Shown here in pieces: positions 18,070 to 27,945 of a stretch of 64,000 bases of DNA. A model generated the notes under the pieces. It saw nothing but the letters and a program-made list of their open reading frames with translations. It searched no databases and was not told the origin of the DNA. The DNA is taken from positions 1 to 64,000 of the forward strand of contig JBFFUI010000001.1 of NCBI GenBank assembly GCA_041571435.1, in the 5' to 3' direction. Positions within the stretch are counted from its first letter, which is position 1. Every line of letters begins with the position of its first letter. The stretch is from Sulfurimonadaceae bacterium. Lineage in GTDB: Bacteria > Campylobacterota > Campylobacteria > Campylobacterales > Sulfurimonadaceae. The translations under genes and the position numbers were made by a program.

Positions 18070-20142
18070 ATGCGATTTATAATTTTGTGCGTGTTTGGTA
18101 TGCTGATGTTCAGCAGCGGCGAGCTTTCAGCTTCCATCGTGAACACAAAGCACAACCTCTCCGTCACCAATACGGCAGGGACTATCAAGGCACAGACGGA
18201 GACAGAACTCTGTGTATTCTGCCATATCCCGCACCAGGGAAGGCCCGATGGTAAACCACTGTGGAACAGGAGTATGCCGGCATCGGCTTATACGATGTAT
18301 GACAGTGACTATCTGCGACGCATGGGCTATGCCCCTGTAGAACCCGATCTCGGCATACTGAATGATACCCCGGGTGCCTTGTCACGCCAGTGTCTCAGTT
18401 GTCATGACGGCACCGTCGCTGTTGGCGCCATCTACAAGCTTCGAAGGGATTTTCTGGGTGCCGGTATCGTTCCTATGGACGGGGTCGAGACAGACGGCAC
18501 CATCCCTGCGACCTCGGCAGCATTTCTCGGAACAGACTTGACGATGCACCACCCCGTCGGCATAAAGTACGATCCGACCGTGACGAAAAGCTTTGACATC
18601 GGTGAACGGACGATGGAGCTTCTGACCCTGCCGACTGCGCCGCTCAAACTTTTCCAGTATAACGGTGAAAACTATGTCGAGTGCTCCTCCTGCCATGACC
18701 CCCACAAAGACAACACAATGTTTTTGCGGGTCGATACCGGTGCCAACCATGCACAGAACATCGTCACGACCTGTACCTCCTGCCATGACAAGGACGGTTG
18801 GACGGGAAGTGTCCACCAGACAGCGACCAACACCTATACAGACCCTGCCGTCCTCGCCGACTACGGAACCAACAAAGTCGCAGACCTGGGCTGTGCCAAC
18901 TGCCACACGCCGCACAATGCAGAGGGGGTTCCTTATCTCAACAGAAAGGTACAGGGCAACACCTGTTTTCAGGGGGCTGCTTCTGACATAGCCGGTGCGG
19001 CTTGCCACGGCGTAGGCGGTGCGAAAGATATCGAGACGATCCTCAACCGCGCCTACACCCATCCGGTAATCGCAAGCAGTGACCCCGCGGATCCGAAACA
19101 TACTAACCTGGATGTACTTTATGGTACTGGTATTGTCGATCCTAATGGCGGTGCCGGCATCGACTGGGCGACCAACAAACATGCGGTCTGTATGGACTGT
19201 CATAATCAGCATCAGGCACAGCCCGGTACCCATGCTCCGGACGGACAGTGGTATCCTAACCCCGGAACATCGACAAATACCGTTTCCAATGTACTGAAGG
19301 GAGTTCCCGGCGTCGAGCCGACATGGCCGACAGAGTGGACACAGCCAATGACATTTACAACCCTTGCCTCGGCGGAAAAAGAGTACCAGATCTGCTTTAA
19401 ATGCCACTCCTACTGGGGAATCGGAAGTGCGACCGGCGGTGTGAACGACGGCGGGCATGTCTCCCCGAGTGATAATGTAACGCCGATGACCGATGTGGCA
19501 TGGGAGCTGAATATCAACAATAAATCGGGTCACCCTGTTGTTGTCAGTTTGTTAAATCGTGTAGGCTCATACGCGCCCAAAGAATTGGATGCCATACAGC
19601 TTCTTTCACCATGGACGGAAAACCCTGGCGCCAACCAGATGTACTGTTCGGACTGTCACGGTGCGGATAATGAACTGGGCGGTGACCCGAAAGGGCCGCA
19701 CGGCTCCGACCTGAAGTATATCCTCAAAGGGACCAATCAGTTCTGGCCAGCCAATGCCAACGGCAATCTCTACACGATGGACGACATCAATGTTGCGGGG
19801 ATCGACCCGGGCGATGACGGACTTTTCTGTAAAAACTGTCACGACATCGCTCGTCCGCACACAGACTGGTCAACACAAATGTCTGGAAAAGGCTTTCAGT
19901 GTGTCGAGTGTCATGTAACGGTACCCCACGGTTCACCGGTATCCAGGCTTCTGGGATATGCAAATTTCCCGTCACCGTACAACTACAACGGCAACAGTTT
20001 GAAGATGGACGGCTATCGTAAAAGTATCTATACCGACCTGAACAACAAAGATGTATATTCACCGAATTGTGGCGGTGGAAACGGCTGCCACAATAACGAT
20101 GACAGTGCCAACGGTGCCTATGATGCCAACCCATTCCCGTAA
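18070..20142 (+). CDS. Multiheme cytochrome c: N-terminal OmcE-like domain plus C-terminal multiheme region
   Basis: Mature N-terminus SIVNTKHNLS; 10 CxxCH plus CX12CH (CFQGAASDIAGAACH) and CX5CH (CGGGNGCH). Confidence 0.85.
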   Translation: MRFIILCVFGMLMFSSGELSASIVNTKHNLSVTNTAGTIKAQTETELCVFCHIPHQGRPDGKPLWNRSMPASAYTMYDSDYLRRMGYAPVEPDLGILNDTPGALSRQCLSCHDGTVAVGAIYKLRRDFLGAGIVPMDGVETDGTIPATSAAFLGTDLTMHHPVGIKYDPTVTKSFDIGERTMELLTLPTAPLKLFQYNGENYVECSSCHDPHKDNTMFLRVDTGANHAQNIVTTCTSCHDKDGWTGSVHQTATNTYTDPAVLADYGTNKVADLGCANCHTPHNAEGVPYLNRKVQGNTCFQGAASDIAGAACHGVGGAKDIETILNRAYTHPVIASSDPADPKHTNLDVLYGTGIVDPNGGAGIDWATNKHAVCMDCHNQHQAQPGTHAPDGQWYPNPGTSTNTVSNVLKGVPGVEPTWPTEWTQPMTFTTLASAEKEYQICFKCHSYWGIGSATGGVNDGGHVSPSDNVTPMTDVAWELNINNKSGHPVVVSLLNRVGSYAPKELDAIQLLSPWTENPGANQMYCSDCHGADNELGGDPKGPHGSDLKYILKGTNQFWPANANGNLYTMDDINVAGIDPGDDGLFCKNCHDIARPHTDWSTQMSGKGFQCVECHVTVPHGSPVSRLLGYANFPSPYNYNGNSLKMDGYRKSIYTDLNNKDVYSPNCGGGNGCHNNDDSANGAYDANPFP

Positions 20143-20151
20143 GATCCGGTC

Positions 20152-20673
20152 ATGAAATCATTTGTCCTGGGGATCTCTGCTTTACTTATCTTTGCAGCAA
20201 CGCTGCATGCCAACGAGGACAAAGCCGTCAAGCACGCCCTGCTCAAATACAACTACGGCATCATCAAGATGGCTAAAAGCGGCGAGACCGAATTTTTTAA
20301 AAGTTTTGTCAACAAGGAGATCGTGACCAAGCTGATGCTTTGGGTCAAGGCCTGGCAGGATAACAACCTTGTCATGCTTGCCGAGATCAAAGACTTCCGG
20401 TTCGGCCCTATCAACTACAGCGGAGACCGTGCTACGATAACGACGATGGAGAACTGGAACTTCACCTATGTCGACATCGCAACGCGAAAAGTGGCAGCAG
20501 AGAAGGTCACCATGTTATATAAGATGCGCTACACGCTTCAGCAACAAAAAAACGGCTGGATGATCGTCGACATCCAGCATCTCGATGAGAAGCAGGTCAA
20601 TGTACCGGAGGACCATCCCGCGACAGGAAAAGGTGTCTCTGCCTATCCGCAAAGCGACATTGCGACACACTGA
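20152..20673 (+). CDS. Secreted hypothetical protein, possible NTF2-like fold
   Basis: Signal peptide; ATITTMENWNFTY...MRYTLQQQKNGWMIVDI pattern. Confidence 0.6.
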   Translation: MKSFVLGISALLIFAATLHANEDKAVKHALLKYNYGIIKMAKSGETEFFKSFVNKEIVTKLMLWVKAWQDNNLVMLAEIKDFRFGPINYSGDRATITTMENWNFTYVDIATRKVAAEKVTMLYKMRYTLQQQKNGWMIVDIQHLDEKQVNVPEDHPATGKGVSAYPQSDIATH

Positions 20674-20719
20674 AAACACACGTTATCTAAGAACTTAACG
20701 ACACAAGGAATATATAGAG

Positions 20720-23700
20720 ATGATTATTAAAAAGGTCTGGTCACTGCTGATCTCAATGAAGCTGATGCTGCTTCTGTTACTGCTCTTTGCCATCGCGAGC
20801 GGCGTAGCAACGTTCATAGAAAATGATTACGGCGTCAACACGTCATGGGCGCTTGTCTACAGCACACGGTGGTTCGAGGCCATCCAACTGCTTCTCGGTA
20901 TCAGCATCATCGGCAATATTTACCGATACAAAATGTACAAAAAGAAAAAATGGCCCGCCTTTATCTTTCATCTCGGGTTCCTGGTCATTCTGGTGGGTTC
21001 GGGTATCACCCGCTATTACGGTTATGAAGGCGTTATGCACATCCGTGAAGGCAACAGTGAACACCGCATCCTCTCATCCGATGCCTTTTTGCAGATTACT
21101 GCAAAGAAAAACGACAACACCTATTATGCAGAAGATATCGTCTACATATCAGAACTCGGCGGCAGAAAATTTCAAAACAGCCTGAAGGTAGACGGAAAAG
21201 AGGTTGTCGTTACATATAAAGACTTTATCGACAAGGCCGTAAAGACCGCCGTCGAAGATCCGGCCGGAACACCGATCGTCGTGTTCGTGATCCCGACACC
21301 GCAAGGACCCGAAAAGTATTTCTTGCGCAGCGGGGAGTCGGTTGACGTCGGACCATTGGCCGTCTATTTCGACAAGGCCCCGACTACCGACAAACCGTTT
21401 ATACGCTTTTTCAGCGACAACGGGGAGATCCGTTTCGTCTCCAATGTACCAATCCCCTGGATGAAGATGATCAACCGTTCGCAAGGTGTCTATAGTGCGA
21501 ATACCGATTATGAACTCGATGCGCGGCGCATGTACACCATCAACGGCGTGCAGCTCGTTACCAAATCAGTCCTCAACAAAGGATCTGTCAAAGTCGTAAG
21601 CGAAGCGAAATACAAAGAGTCCATGAAGATGCAGATGAAGATAGATTCTCTCTCTGCACTGGTCGTGGATGTGGCCTATGACGGCAAACATAAAGAAGTG
21701 ACACTTCTGGGCAAAGGCAAACGGTACAAAGGCTTTACCGAAAACCTGACTATCGGCGACGTTACCCTCTCTCTTGAATGGGGTTCCAAGACCATAAGGC
21801 TACCTTTCTCACTCTACCTTCGTGACTTTATCCTGGTAAAATATCCCGGCTCGATGAGCCCGTCGTCGTATGAGAGTCATGTGACTTTAGTTGATGAAGC
21901 AAACGGTATCCAGGAGGGGCACAGGATCTACATGAACCACACGCTTGACTACGGCGGTTTTCTCTTTTTCCAATCCTCTTACGACAAGGATGAGCAGGGA
22001 ACGATCCTCTCGGTCAACCATGACCCGGGCAAGTGGCCGACCTATGTCGGCTATATCCTTCTTGCCATCGGTATGTTTTTCAACCTGCTGAATCCTAACA
22101 GCCGTTTCGGAAAACTGGCACGTACCAAGTACGAATACCGCGCCAATGCGCTGCTGCTTGCGGTACTTCTTGCAGCGCTGTTCTATACGGAACCTCTCTC
22201 GGCATCTTCGAGTCAGCAAGCGGCACCGGTCGATATGGAAGCGCTTCTTGATGATGTCAAAAAAATCGACCGCGGGCATGCCGACCACTTTGCGACAATG
22301 CTGGTGCAAGGACGTGACGGACGAATCAAGCCGCTCGACACACTTGCCATAGACCTGCTCAACAAGATATCAGGCAAAAACAGTCTGCATGGTATGAATC
22401 ATAACCAGGTTATCTTGGGAATGGCCACCAAACCCGATGCATGGAAACAGATCGAGATGATCAAGGTATCGCATCCGAAAGTCAAAGAGATACTCGGGAT
22501 AAAAGCGTCACAGAAGCGTTTTGCCTATGCTGTAGCTTTTGACAAATTCGGGCAGTACAAGCTTGGTGATATAGCCGAAGAAGCGCTTCGAAAGCGTGCG
22601 GCGGAAAGAGACAAATACGATAAGGATCTGATCAAAGTGGATGAGCGGGTCAATATCGCCTACATGATCTATTCCGGCCGTTTTATGACCGTGTTCCCGA
22701 TGGAAGGCGATCTTGACAACAAATGGTACTACCCGGACCATGCGATGAAGAACTTCCCGCCAAAGTATCGCAATGAAGTGTATGAACTGCTCAAGAACAA
22801 CAGTGCAGGGTTCTCAAAAGGGCTCAATGACGGTGACTGGAAAATGGCTGACAGTGCGATAGATGCCATCAAGGCATACCAGTACAAGTATGGTTCGTCG
22901 ATCATCCCGGAGGCAACACTGATCAAAGCAGAGCTTCTCTACAATAAGCTGGATATCTTTGAACGCCTTTTCCCGATCTATCTGATAGCCGGATTTGTTT
23001 TGCTGGTGCTGATCTTTGCCCGTCTCGTCAAGCCGGCGCTTAATTTGAAGATAGCCATGCGTATTGTTCTGACTATCTTCGTGGCCGGTTTTGTAGCACA
23101 TACACTTAGCCTTGGCCTGCGATGGTACATTGCCGGACATGCCCCATGGAGCAACGGATATGAGGCGATGCTCTATATCTCCTGGACGATCATCCTCGCT
23201 GGTATCCTTTTTGCGCGAAGTTCCGAACTGGCATTGGCGACGACAGGTATCTTTTCGGGGATTGCCCTCTTTGTCGCACACCTGAGCTGGCTTGACCCGC
23301 AGATCACCACGATGGTCCCGGTACTCAAGTCCTACTGGCTGACTATCCATGTCTCCATCATTACCGCAAGTTACGGTTTTCTTGGCCTAAGCACACTCCT
23401 CGGATTTGTCTCGTTGATCTTCTATATGATGCTCAACAATGAAGCAAAGCGCGAACGTATCAGTGTGAATATCCTCGAATCGACCCGTATCAGCGAGATG
23501 TCGATGATCGTCGGCCTCTCACTGCTCACGGTAGGTAACTTCCTGGGCGGCGTCTGGGCAAACGAATCATGGGGACGCTACTGGGGCTGGGATCCAAAAG
23601 AGACCTGGGCACTGGTGACCATTCTGGTCTATGCCTTTGTCATCCACATGCGTTTTATACCGATGCTGCGTTCCAACTTTGTCTTCAATGCCATTTCGGT

Positions 23701-23893
23701 TGTTGCCTACAGTTCTGTTATAATGACCTATTTTGGTGTCAACTACTATCTCTCCGGTCTGCACTCCTATGCCGCCGGTGATCCTGTACCCGTTCCGGTG
23801 TGGGTCTACTATGCAGTGACCGTAGTTGCCGCCGTTATTATTGTTGCATCGTTTAACCGTAACAAATTGATGCAGATAAAACCCGTAAATTGA
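20720..23893 (+). CDS. ccsA: Fused system II cytochrome c synthase (CcsBA/NrfI type)
   Basis: ResB-like N-terminal half (IFHLGF, IYMNHTLDYGG..FFQSSYD); WWD motif WANESWGRYWGWDPKETW; GLHSYA. Confidence 0.92.
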   Translation: MIIKKVWSLLISMKLMLLLLLLFAIASGVATFIENDYGVNTSWALVYSTRWFEAIQLLLGISIIGNIYRYKMYKKKKWPAFIFHLGFLVILVGSGITRYYGYEGVMHIREGNSEHRILSSDAFLQITAKKNDNTYYAEDIVYISELGGRKFQNSLKVDGKEVVVTYKDFIDKAVKTAVEDPAGTPIVVFVIPTPQGPEKYFLRSGESVDVGPLAVYFDKAPTTDKPFIRFFSDNGEIRFVSNVPIPWMKMINRSQGVYSANTDYELDARRMYTINGVQLVTKSVLNKGSVKVVSEAKYKESMKMQMKIDSLSALVVDVAYDGKHKEVTLLGKGKRYKGFTENLTIGDVTLSLEWGSKTIRLPFSLYLRDFILVKYPGSMSPSSYESHVTLVDEANGIQEGHRIYMNHTLDYGGFLFFQSSYDKDEQGTILSVNHDPGKWPTYVGYILLAIGMFFNLLNPNSRFGKLARTKYEYRANALLLAVLLAALFYTEPLSASSSQQAAPVDMEALLDDVKKIDRGHADHFATMLVQGRDGRIKPLDTLAIDLLNKISGKNSLHGMNHNQVILGMATKPDAWKQIEMIKVSHPKVKEILGIKASQKRFAYAVAFDKFGQYKLGDIAEEALRKRAAERDKYDKDLIKVDERVNIAYMIYSGRFMTVFPMEGDLDNKWYYPDHAMKNFPPKYRNEVYELLKNNSAGFSKGLNDGDWKMADSAIDAIKAYQYKYGSSIIPEATLIKAELLYNKLDIFERLFPIYLIAGFVLLVLIFARLVKPALNLKIAMRIVLTIFVAGFVAHTLSLGLRWYIAGHAPWSNGYEAMLYISWTIILAGILFARSSELALATTGIFSGIALFVAHLSWLDPQITTMVPVLKSYWLTIHVSIITASYGFLGLSTLLGFVSLIFYMMLNNEAKRERISVNILESTRISEMSMIVGLSLLTVGNFLGGVWANESWGRYWGWDPKETWALVTILVYAFVIHMRFIPMLRSNFVFNAISVVAYSSVIMTYFGVNYYLSGLHSYAAGDPVPVPVWVYYAVTVVAAVIIVASFNRNKLMQIKPVN

Positions 23894-23910
23894 TAAATCA
23901 AGGAGTCGTT

Positions 23911-24522
23911 ATGAAACAGTGGCTTATAGCAGCAATTGCAGCTTTTTTCTTGAGCGGATGCTCGACACTTCAGGTGGAGATCGACAGTGATCCGGGGTAT
24001 GATTTCACCGCGCTGTCAAAATTCAATGTCATGTATACCAAGAAGAATGATGACAAAGACTTTTCTCGCAGCCGATTTAGCAAGATGCTGACGGCATACT
24101 TCGAAAAGAAAGGCTATGTCGCTGTCGATAAAGCTGATGCCGACTTCTATCTGATCTTCCACCTCGACATTACCAAAAAAAGTGAGATCGAGACGAACTA
24201 CGAAACGATGGATTTGCATCCGCGCATCGAGTACTATAACCACAGAGCTTATCCGACGCCAGATATGCCGGGTATCTATGCAGACCCCTATCGATATGAC
24301 GACAGAAGAACCGTGGCAACCACCCGTACCTATGAGTATGAAGAGGGAATATTGGTCATCGAACTGTTAGACGTTAAGCAGAATGCCGTTGTCTGGCAGG
24401 GGGTAGCCCAGGATGAACTCTCCAGTCTGCCGACACAAGAGGCCAAAAGCGCCTACATCCAAAAAGTGTTGGACAAATTGTTTGGCGACTTTCCGTCAAA
24501 AACTCCGCAAAAGCAAAAGTAA
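23911..24522 (+). CDS. DUF4136-type lipoprotein
   Basis: Lipobox LSGC; YEEGILVIELLD...VVWQGVA. Confidence 0.75.
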   Translation: MKQWLIAAIAAFFLSGCSTLQVEIDSDPGYDFTALSKFNVMYTKKNDDKDFSRSRFSKMLTAYFEKKGYVAVDKADADFYLIFHLDITKKSEIETNYETMDLHPRIEYYNHRAYPTPDMPGIYADPYRYDDRRTVATTRTYEYEEGILVIELLDVKQNAVVWQGVAQDELSSLPTQEAKSAYIQKVLDKLFGDFPSKTPQKQK

Positions 24523-24550
24523 GCAGCGTCTGCCAGATAGCGACGTAATT

Positions 24551-24566
24551 GGAGCAATATTGCTCC
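24551..24566. terminator. Perfect 16-bp palindrome (terminator or operator)
   Basis: GGAGCAATATTGCTCC after the DUF4136 gene. Confidence 0.4.
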
Positions 24567-24697
24567 GTTATACACCTGCCTAATCTTATTAAATATTATT
24601 ATAAGTTCAATCATGGAATAATTGAGTAATAGATATGTATAAGAAATATTTAATTTTACAGGTAAGTATGATGTCTACAGTACAAAACGGAGCGTAA

Positions 24698-25303
24698 GTG
24701 GGTAAAAAACGAAGCATTGTCATAACTTTTTCAACTCTTTTTGTACTGATGAGCAGTCAGATATTGACAGCACCGCTGGCTGCAGAGGAATCGCGGATTC
24801 AACAGGAGATGGCATCGCCGATGCCTGAAATCCCGTTACAAAGAGCTATGGGTAAAGAAGCTTATGACAAAGCAATGGCCTCCGGGCAGTACCGCTATCT
24901 TGACAACTCGAAATGCCGCCTCTGCCACCGCGAGTTTTTTATCGGTCGTAAAAACGATGCACATGACCATGCCATGGAAAATCTTGTCAAAAGTGGTCAT
25001 GACAAGAACCCTCGCTGCCTGACCTGCCATACGACCGGGTACGGCGTTGAGACCGGATTTGTCAATATGAAAAACACGCCTCGCCTCGCCAACGTCCAGT
25101 GCGAAGGATGCCACGGCCCCGGCAATGTTCATGTCGCCCAAGTAAAAGGCAAACAGGGATTTAAAGGTTTTCTTGCCGGACTGGACCATCCGGAGCGCCT
25201 GAAGAAGATGTGCACAAGTTGCCATACAAAACGCTGGAACCGTTCCTACCATGACCTGCAAAAAACGTATAAAAAATACGGTAAAGCGAATCCGAATGAT
25301 TAA
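24698..25303 (+). CDS. Tetraheme cytochrome c (c554-like domain)
   Basis: CRLCH, CLTCHTTGYG, NVQCEGCHGPG, CTSCH. Confidence 0.85.
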   Translation: MGKKRSIVITFSTLFVLMSSQILTAPLAAEESRIQQEMASPMPEIPLQRAMGKEAYDKAMASGQYRYLDNSKCRLCHREFFIGRKNDAHDHAMENLVKSGHDKNPRCLTCHTTGYGVETGFVNMKNTPRLANVQCEGCHGPGNVHVAQVKGKQGFKGFLAGLDHPERLKKMCTSCHTKRWNRSYHDLQKTYKKYGKANPND

Positions 25304-25312
25304 GGGTTCAAA

Positions 25313-26851
25313 ATGATAACAGCGATCTTCGGTTACCTTAAAAAGTACAATGTCGCTGCCCTGTTACTTACGCTCGTATTGAGTATCTCCTACCTCGCTT
25401 TTTACAACTACGACAAACAAAAAGATCTCCTACTCACTCAGATGAAAAGTGACACCGAGCATATCGTAAGCTCGATCTCATCAGCGATGCAGCGTTTTCA
25501 CGACATCAAGTCGACGATGAACCTTCAAAAACTGGTCAATGATGTCTCGTTCGGCCTTGAGATCTTCGAATTTCGCTATATGGAACCCAACGGTATTATC
25601 AAGAACTCTATGTTCAGCGAAGAGATCGGCAAGCAACACAGCGCCGAAAGTTTCAAGGAGGTCCTCCAGCGAAAACGAAAGTTGAAAACTTTCTTTTTCG
25701 AGGTACGTGATTATGTAAAGGTCATGGCCATCTATTATCCGATCTATCGCAACAAAAGGCTGATCGGCATCATCGATCTGGCCGTCGATGTCTCTGAATA
25801 TGCAGTGATCACCGGCCTTGATACCGATTTCGCACTGACACGCCGAAAAGTCGACATTTTAAACCTTCTTAAATCGATCGAAGGTTCCATAGAAAACAGC
25901 CTTGCTGTTTTTGAAGAGACCGATATGCACAACTTTTTGCGTGCTTATGTACAGTCTGCAACCAATATACTGGAAGTGTCACAGATCGATTCCGACAAAA
26001 AGGTCCTGATCAGTAGCAATAACAAAATAATCGGGAAGACCTTGAAGGCCGACAAACTGCTCCCTCTCGAACTCATCGAGCACGAAGGACACCAAGCCTA
26101 CAGAACAGTAACTGATATTGGCCAACTTAATGGGGATGAGAACAGCAAATTGATCATATTGATCGATGCCGCTCCCTATGAAGCCAACAGACGTCAGCTC
26201 TTGCAGACAGCCCTGATCACCTGTGTCATCGCGCTTATTATAGCCCTCTTTATTGCCAGATCGATCTACTACTTTGCACTGGAACGCTCACGCAGCGAGA
26301 AAGAGCGCCTGGAACGTCTGGTCAAAGAGCGTACGCATGAGATAGAGTTGTTAAGCAAGACCGATGGCCTCACTGGTCTGTGGAACCGCGGCTACCTCGA
26401 AGAGATGCTCGAGATGGAGTATAAGCGCGCGCGACGCTACATGCATGATGTTTCGATAATGCTCATCGACCTTGATCACTTTAAGCGTATCAACGACACC
26501 TATGGGCATATGGCCGGTGACGAAGTACTACGTCAGGTCAGCCAGCGTATCCGATGCTGTGTGCGCGAAACGGACTTTGTCGGACGTTACGGCGGTGAGG
26601 AACTGGTCATCATCCTGCCTGAGACGACAATTGTAGCAGCCCAGACAATTGCCGGCAACATTCTTAAGCGCATTGCGGAAGAGCCTGTCGTATTTGAATC
26701 GCATATCATTGATGTCACGACAAGTATTGGTCTGAACAACTTGCGTCTCACCCATAACAATTACCAGGCAGTCTTTGCTGAAACCGACGAAGCACTGTAT
26801 CGTGCAAAAGAAGAGGGACGCAACAGGGCCGTAGTCTTTAAGGCCGATTGA
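25313..26851 (+). CDS. Sensor diguanylate cyclase with periplasmic domain
   Basis: Two TM helices around a ~260-aa periplasmic region; DGLTGLWNR, RETD I-site, GGEEL. Confidence 0.9.
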   Translation: MITAIFGYLKKYNVAALLLTLVLSISYLAFYNYDKQKDLLLTQMKSDTEHIVSSISSAMQRFHDIKSTMNLQKLVNDVSFGLEIFEFRYMEPNGIIKNSMFSEEIGKQHSAESFKEVLQRKRKLKTFFFEVRDYVKVMAIYYPIYRNKRLIGIIDLAVDVSEYAVITGLDTDFALTRRKVDILNLLKSIEGSIENSLAVFEETDMHNFLRAYVQSATNILEVSQIDSDKKVLISSNNKIIGKTLKADKLLPLELIEHEGHQAYRTVTDIGQLNGDENSKLIILIDAAPYEANRRQLLQTALITCVIALIIALFIARSIYYFALERSRSEKERLERLVKERTHEIELLSKTDGLTGLWNRGYLEEMLEMEYKRARRYMHDVSIMLIDLDHFKRINDTYGHMAGDEVLRQVSQRIRCCVRETDFVGRYGGEELVIILPETTIVAAQTIAGNILKRIAEEPVVFESHIIDVTTSIGLNNLRLTHNNYQAVFAETDEALYRAKEEGRNRAVVFKAD

Positions 26852-26915
26852 GCTCAGACAGGTTTGCAGGACGTTCTAATTACATTTCTGCTTTTATCCT
26901 GTTGTCAGACACGTA

Positions 26916-27944
26916 CTACTTCTGATGACAGCGTTGGCACACGTTAAACGGCATTGAGCCCTTCATTCTCAGAAGACTGATCCCGCTTGAACCATGGGGA
27001 TTGTGGCAGCTGCTGCAATAAAACTTTCTATGCGGTCGTGCCGGGTCCTTGTCGCCTTTAGTCGGATGGGCACCCGCGTTTCGTCCAAAGACAAAACTGG
27101 AAACAACATGCTTCCCGCTGGCTTTTTCCGCATGACAGGTCGTGCAGAGCTCCCATACCGGCTTACGCAGGAAAAACTCGTTGTCTGAACCATGCGGGTT
27201 ATGACAACGCTCACACCGTCCATCATTGACGGGTCCATGGACATAACGGTTATTATCCCACTTTTTGACTTTGTCATGGCACTTTTCACACACCTTGTTT
27301 ACGGGGTCGCGCACCAAATATTTTGATATGTCATCAGACGGCGTATCATAGGCGCCGAGTTTGCCGTCATGACAATCTGTACAGCGCCAGTTTATGGTCG
27401 GCGCATGGCTGTTGCGCTTTGACACCAAGCTTTTGTGGCACGTGTAGCATGTCGTCTGTGACACATCGTCAAAGACCTTGTCTCCGGTGGGAATGTTGGA
27501 TTTCATATTATGGCATGAAGCACAGACTTTCTCCTTTTCGTCGACATGGAAAAAGCCTTCTTCGTAGGCATCAGGATCGTCATCAAACCCTTCATAAAGT
27601 TCAGGCAGGAAGAAGATATGGCGTTGGGACTGCTGTACCTTGAGACCCTTAAGATAGTTCGTCACCGTAATGATGTTTTCACCCTTGTCAATCTTTATGG
27701 TCTTACAGTAGGTCTCTTTTTTCGGATCGGCTTTCAATTCGTAAGAACTGTTGTTGTCCACTTCAATCAGCACAGTATCTATATCATCAGCAGATGCTTT
27801 TACAACAATAGTGACAAGCTCCCCGTCATAACGAAGGTAGTCAGCAGGTGCCAATAGATCTACCGGCGCCAAAGGCTCTGCCGCCTTAGTGATTGCCATA
27901 GCAAGGCAGAAGAGGAAAACGAGTCTAAGAAGTGTCATATGCAC
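26916..27944 (-). CDS. Octaheme cytochrome c (doubled-CxxCH type)
   Basis: 8 CxxCH; HGPV...CERCHNPHGS pattern; N-terminal non-heme beta-rich domain. Confidence 0.88.
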   Translation of the reverse strand: MHMTLLRLVFLFCLAMAITKAAEPLAPVDLLAPADYLRYDGELVTIVVKASADDIDTVLIEVDNNSSYELKADPKKETYCKTIKIDKGENIITVTNYLKGLKVQQSQRHIFFLPELYEGFDDDPDAYEEGFFHVDEKEKVCASCHNMKSNIPTGDKVFDDVSQTTCYTCHKSLVSKRNSHAPTINWRCTDCHDGKLGAYDTPSDDISKYLVRDPVNKVCEKCHDKVKKWDNNRYVHGPVNDGRCERCHNPHGSDNEFFLRKPVWELCTTCHAEKASGKHVVSSFVFGRNAGAHPTKGDKDPARPHRKFYCSSCHNPHGSSGISLLRMKGSMPFNVCQRCHQK

Positions 27945-27945
27945 A

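Noticed and set aside
18382-19533. Long antisense ORFs (also 58238-59218, 62626-63657, 59525-60289)
   Set aside because: Shadows of well-supported genes on the opposite strand; no motifs
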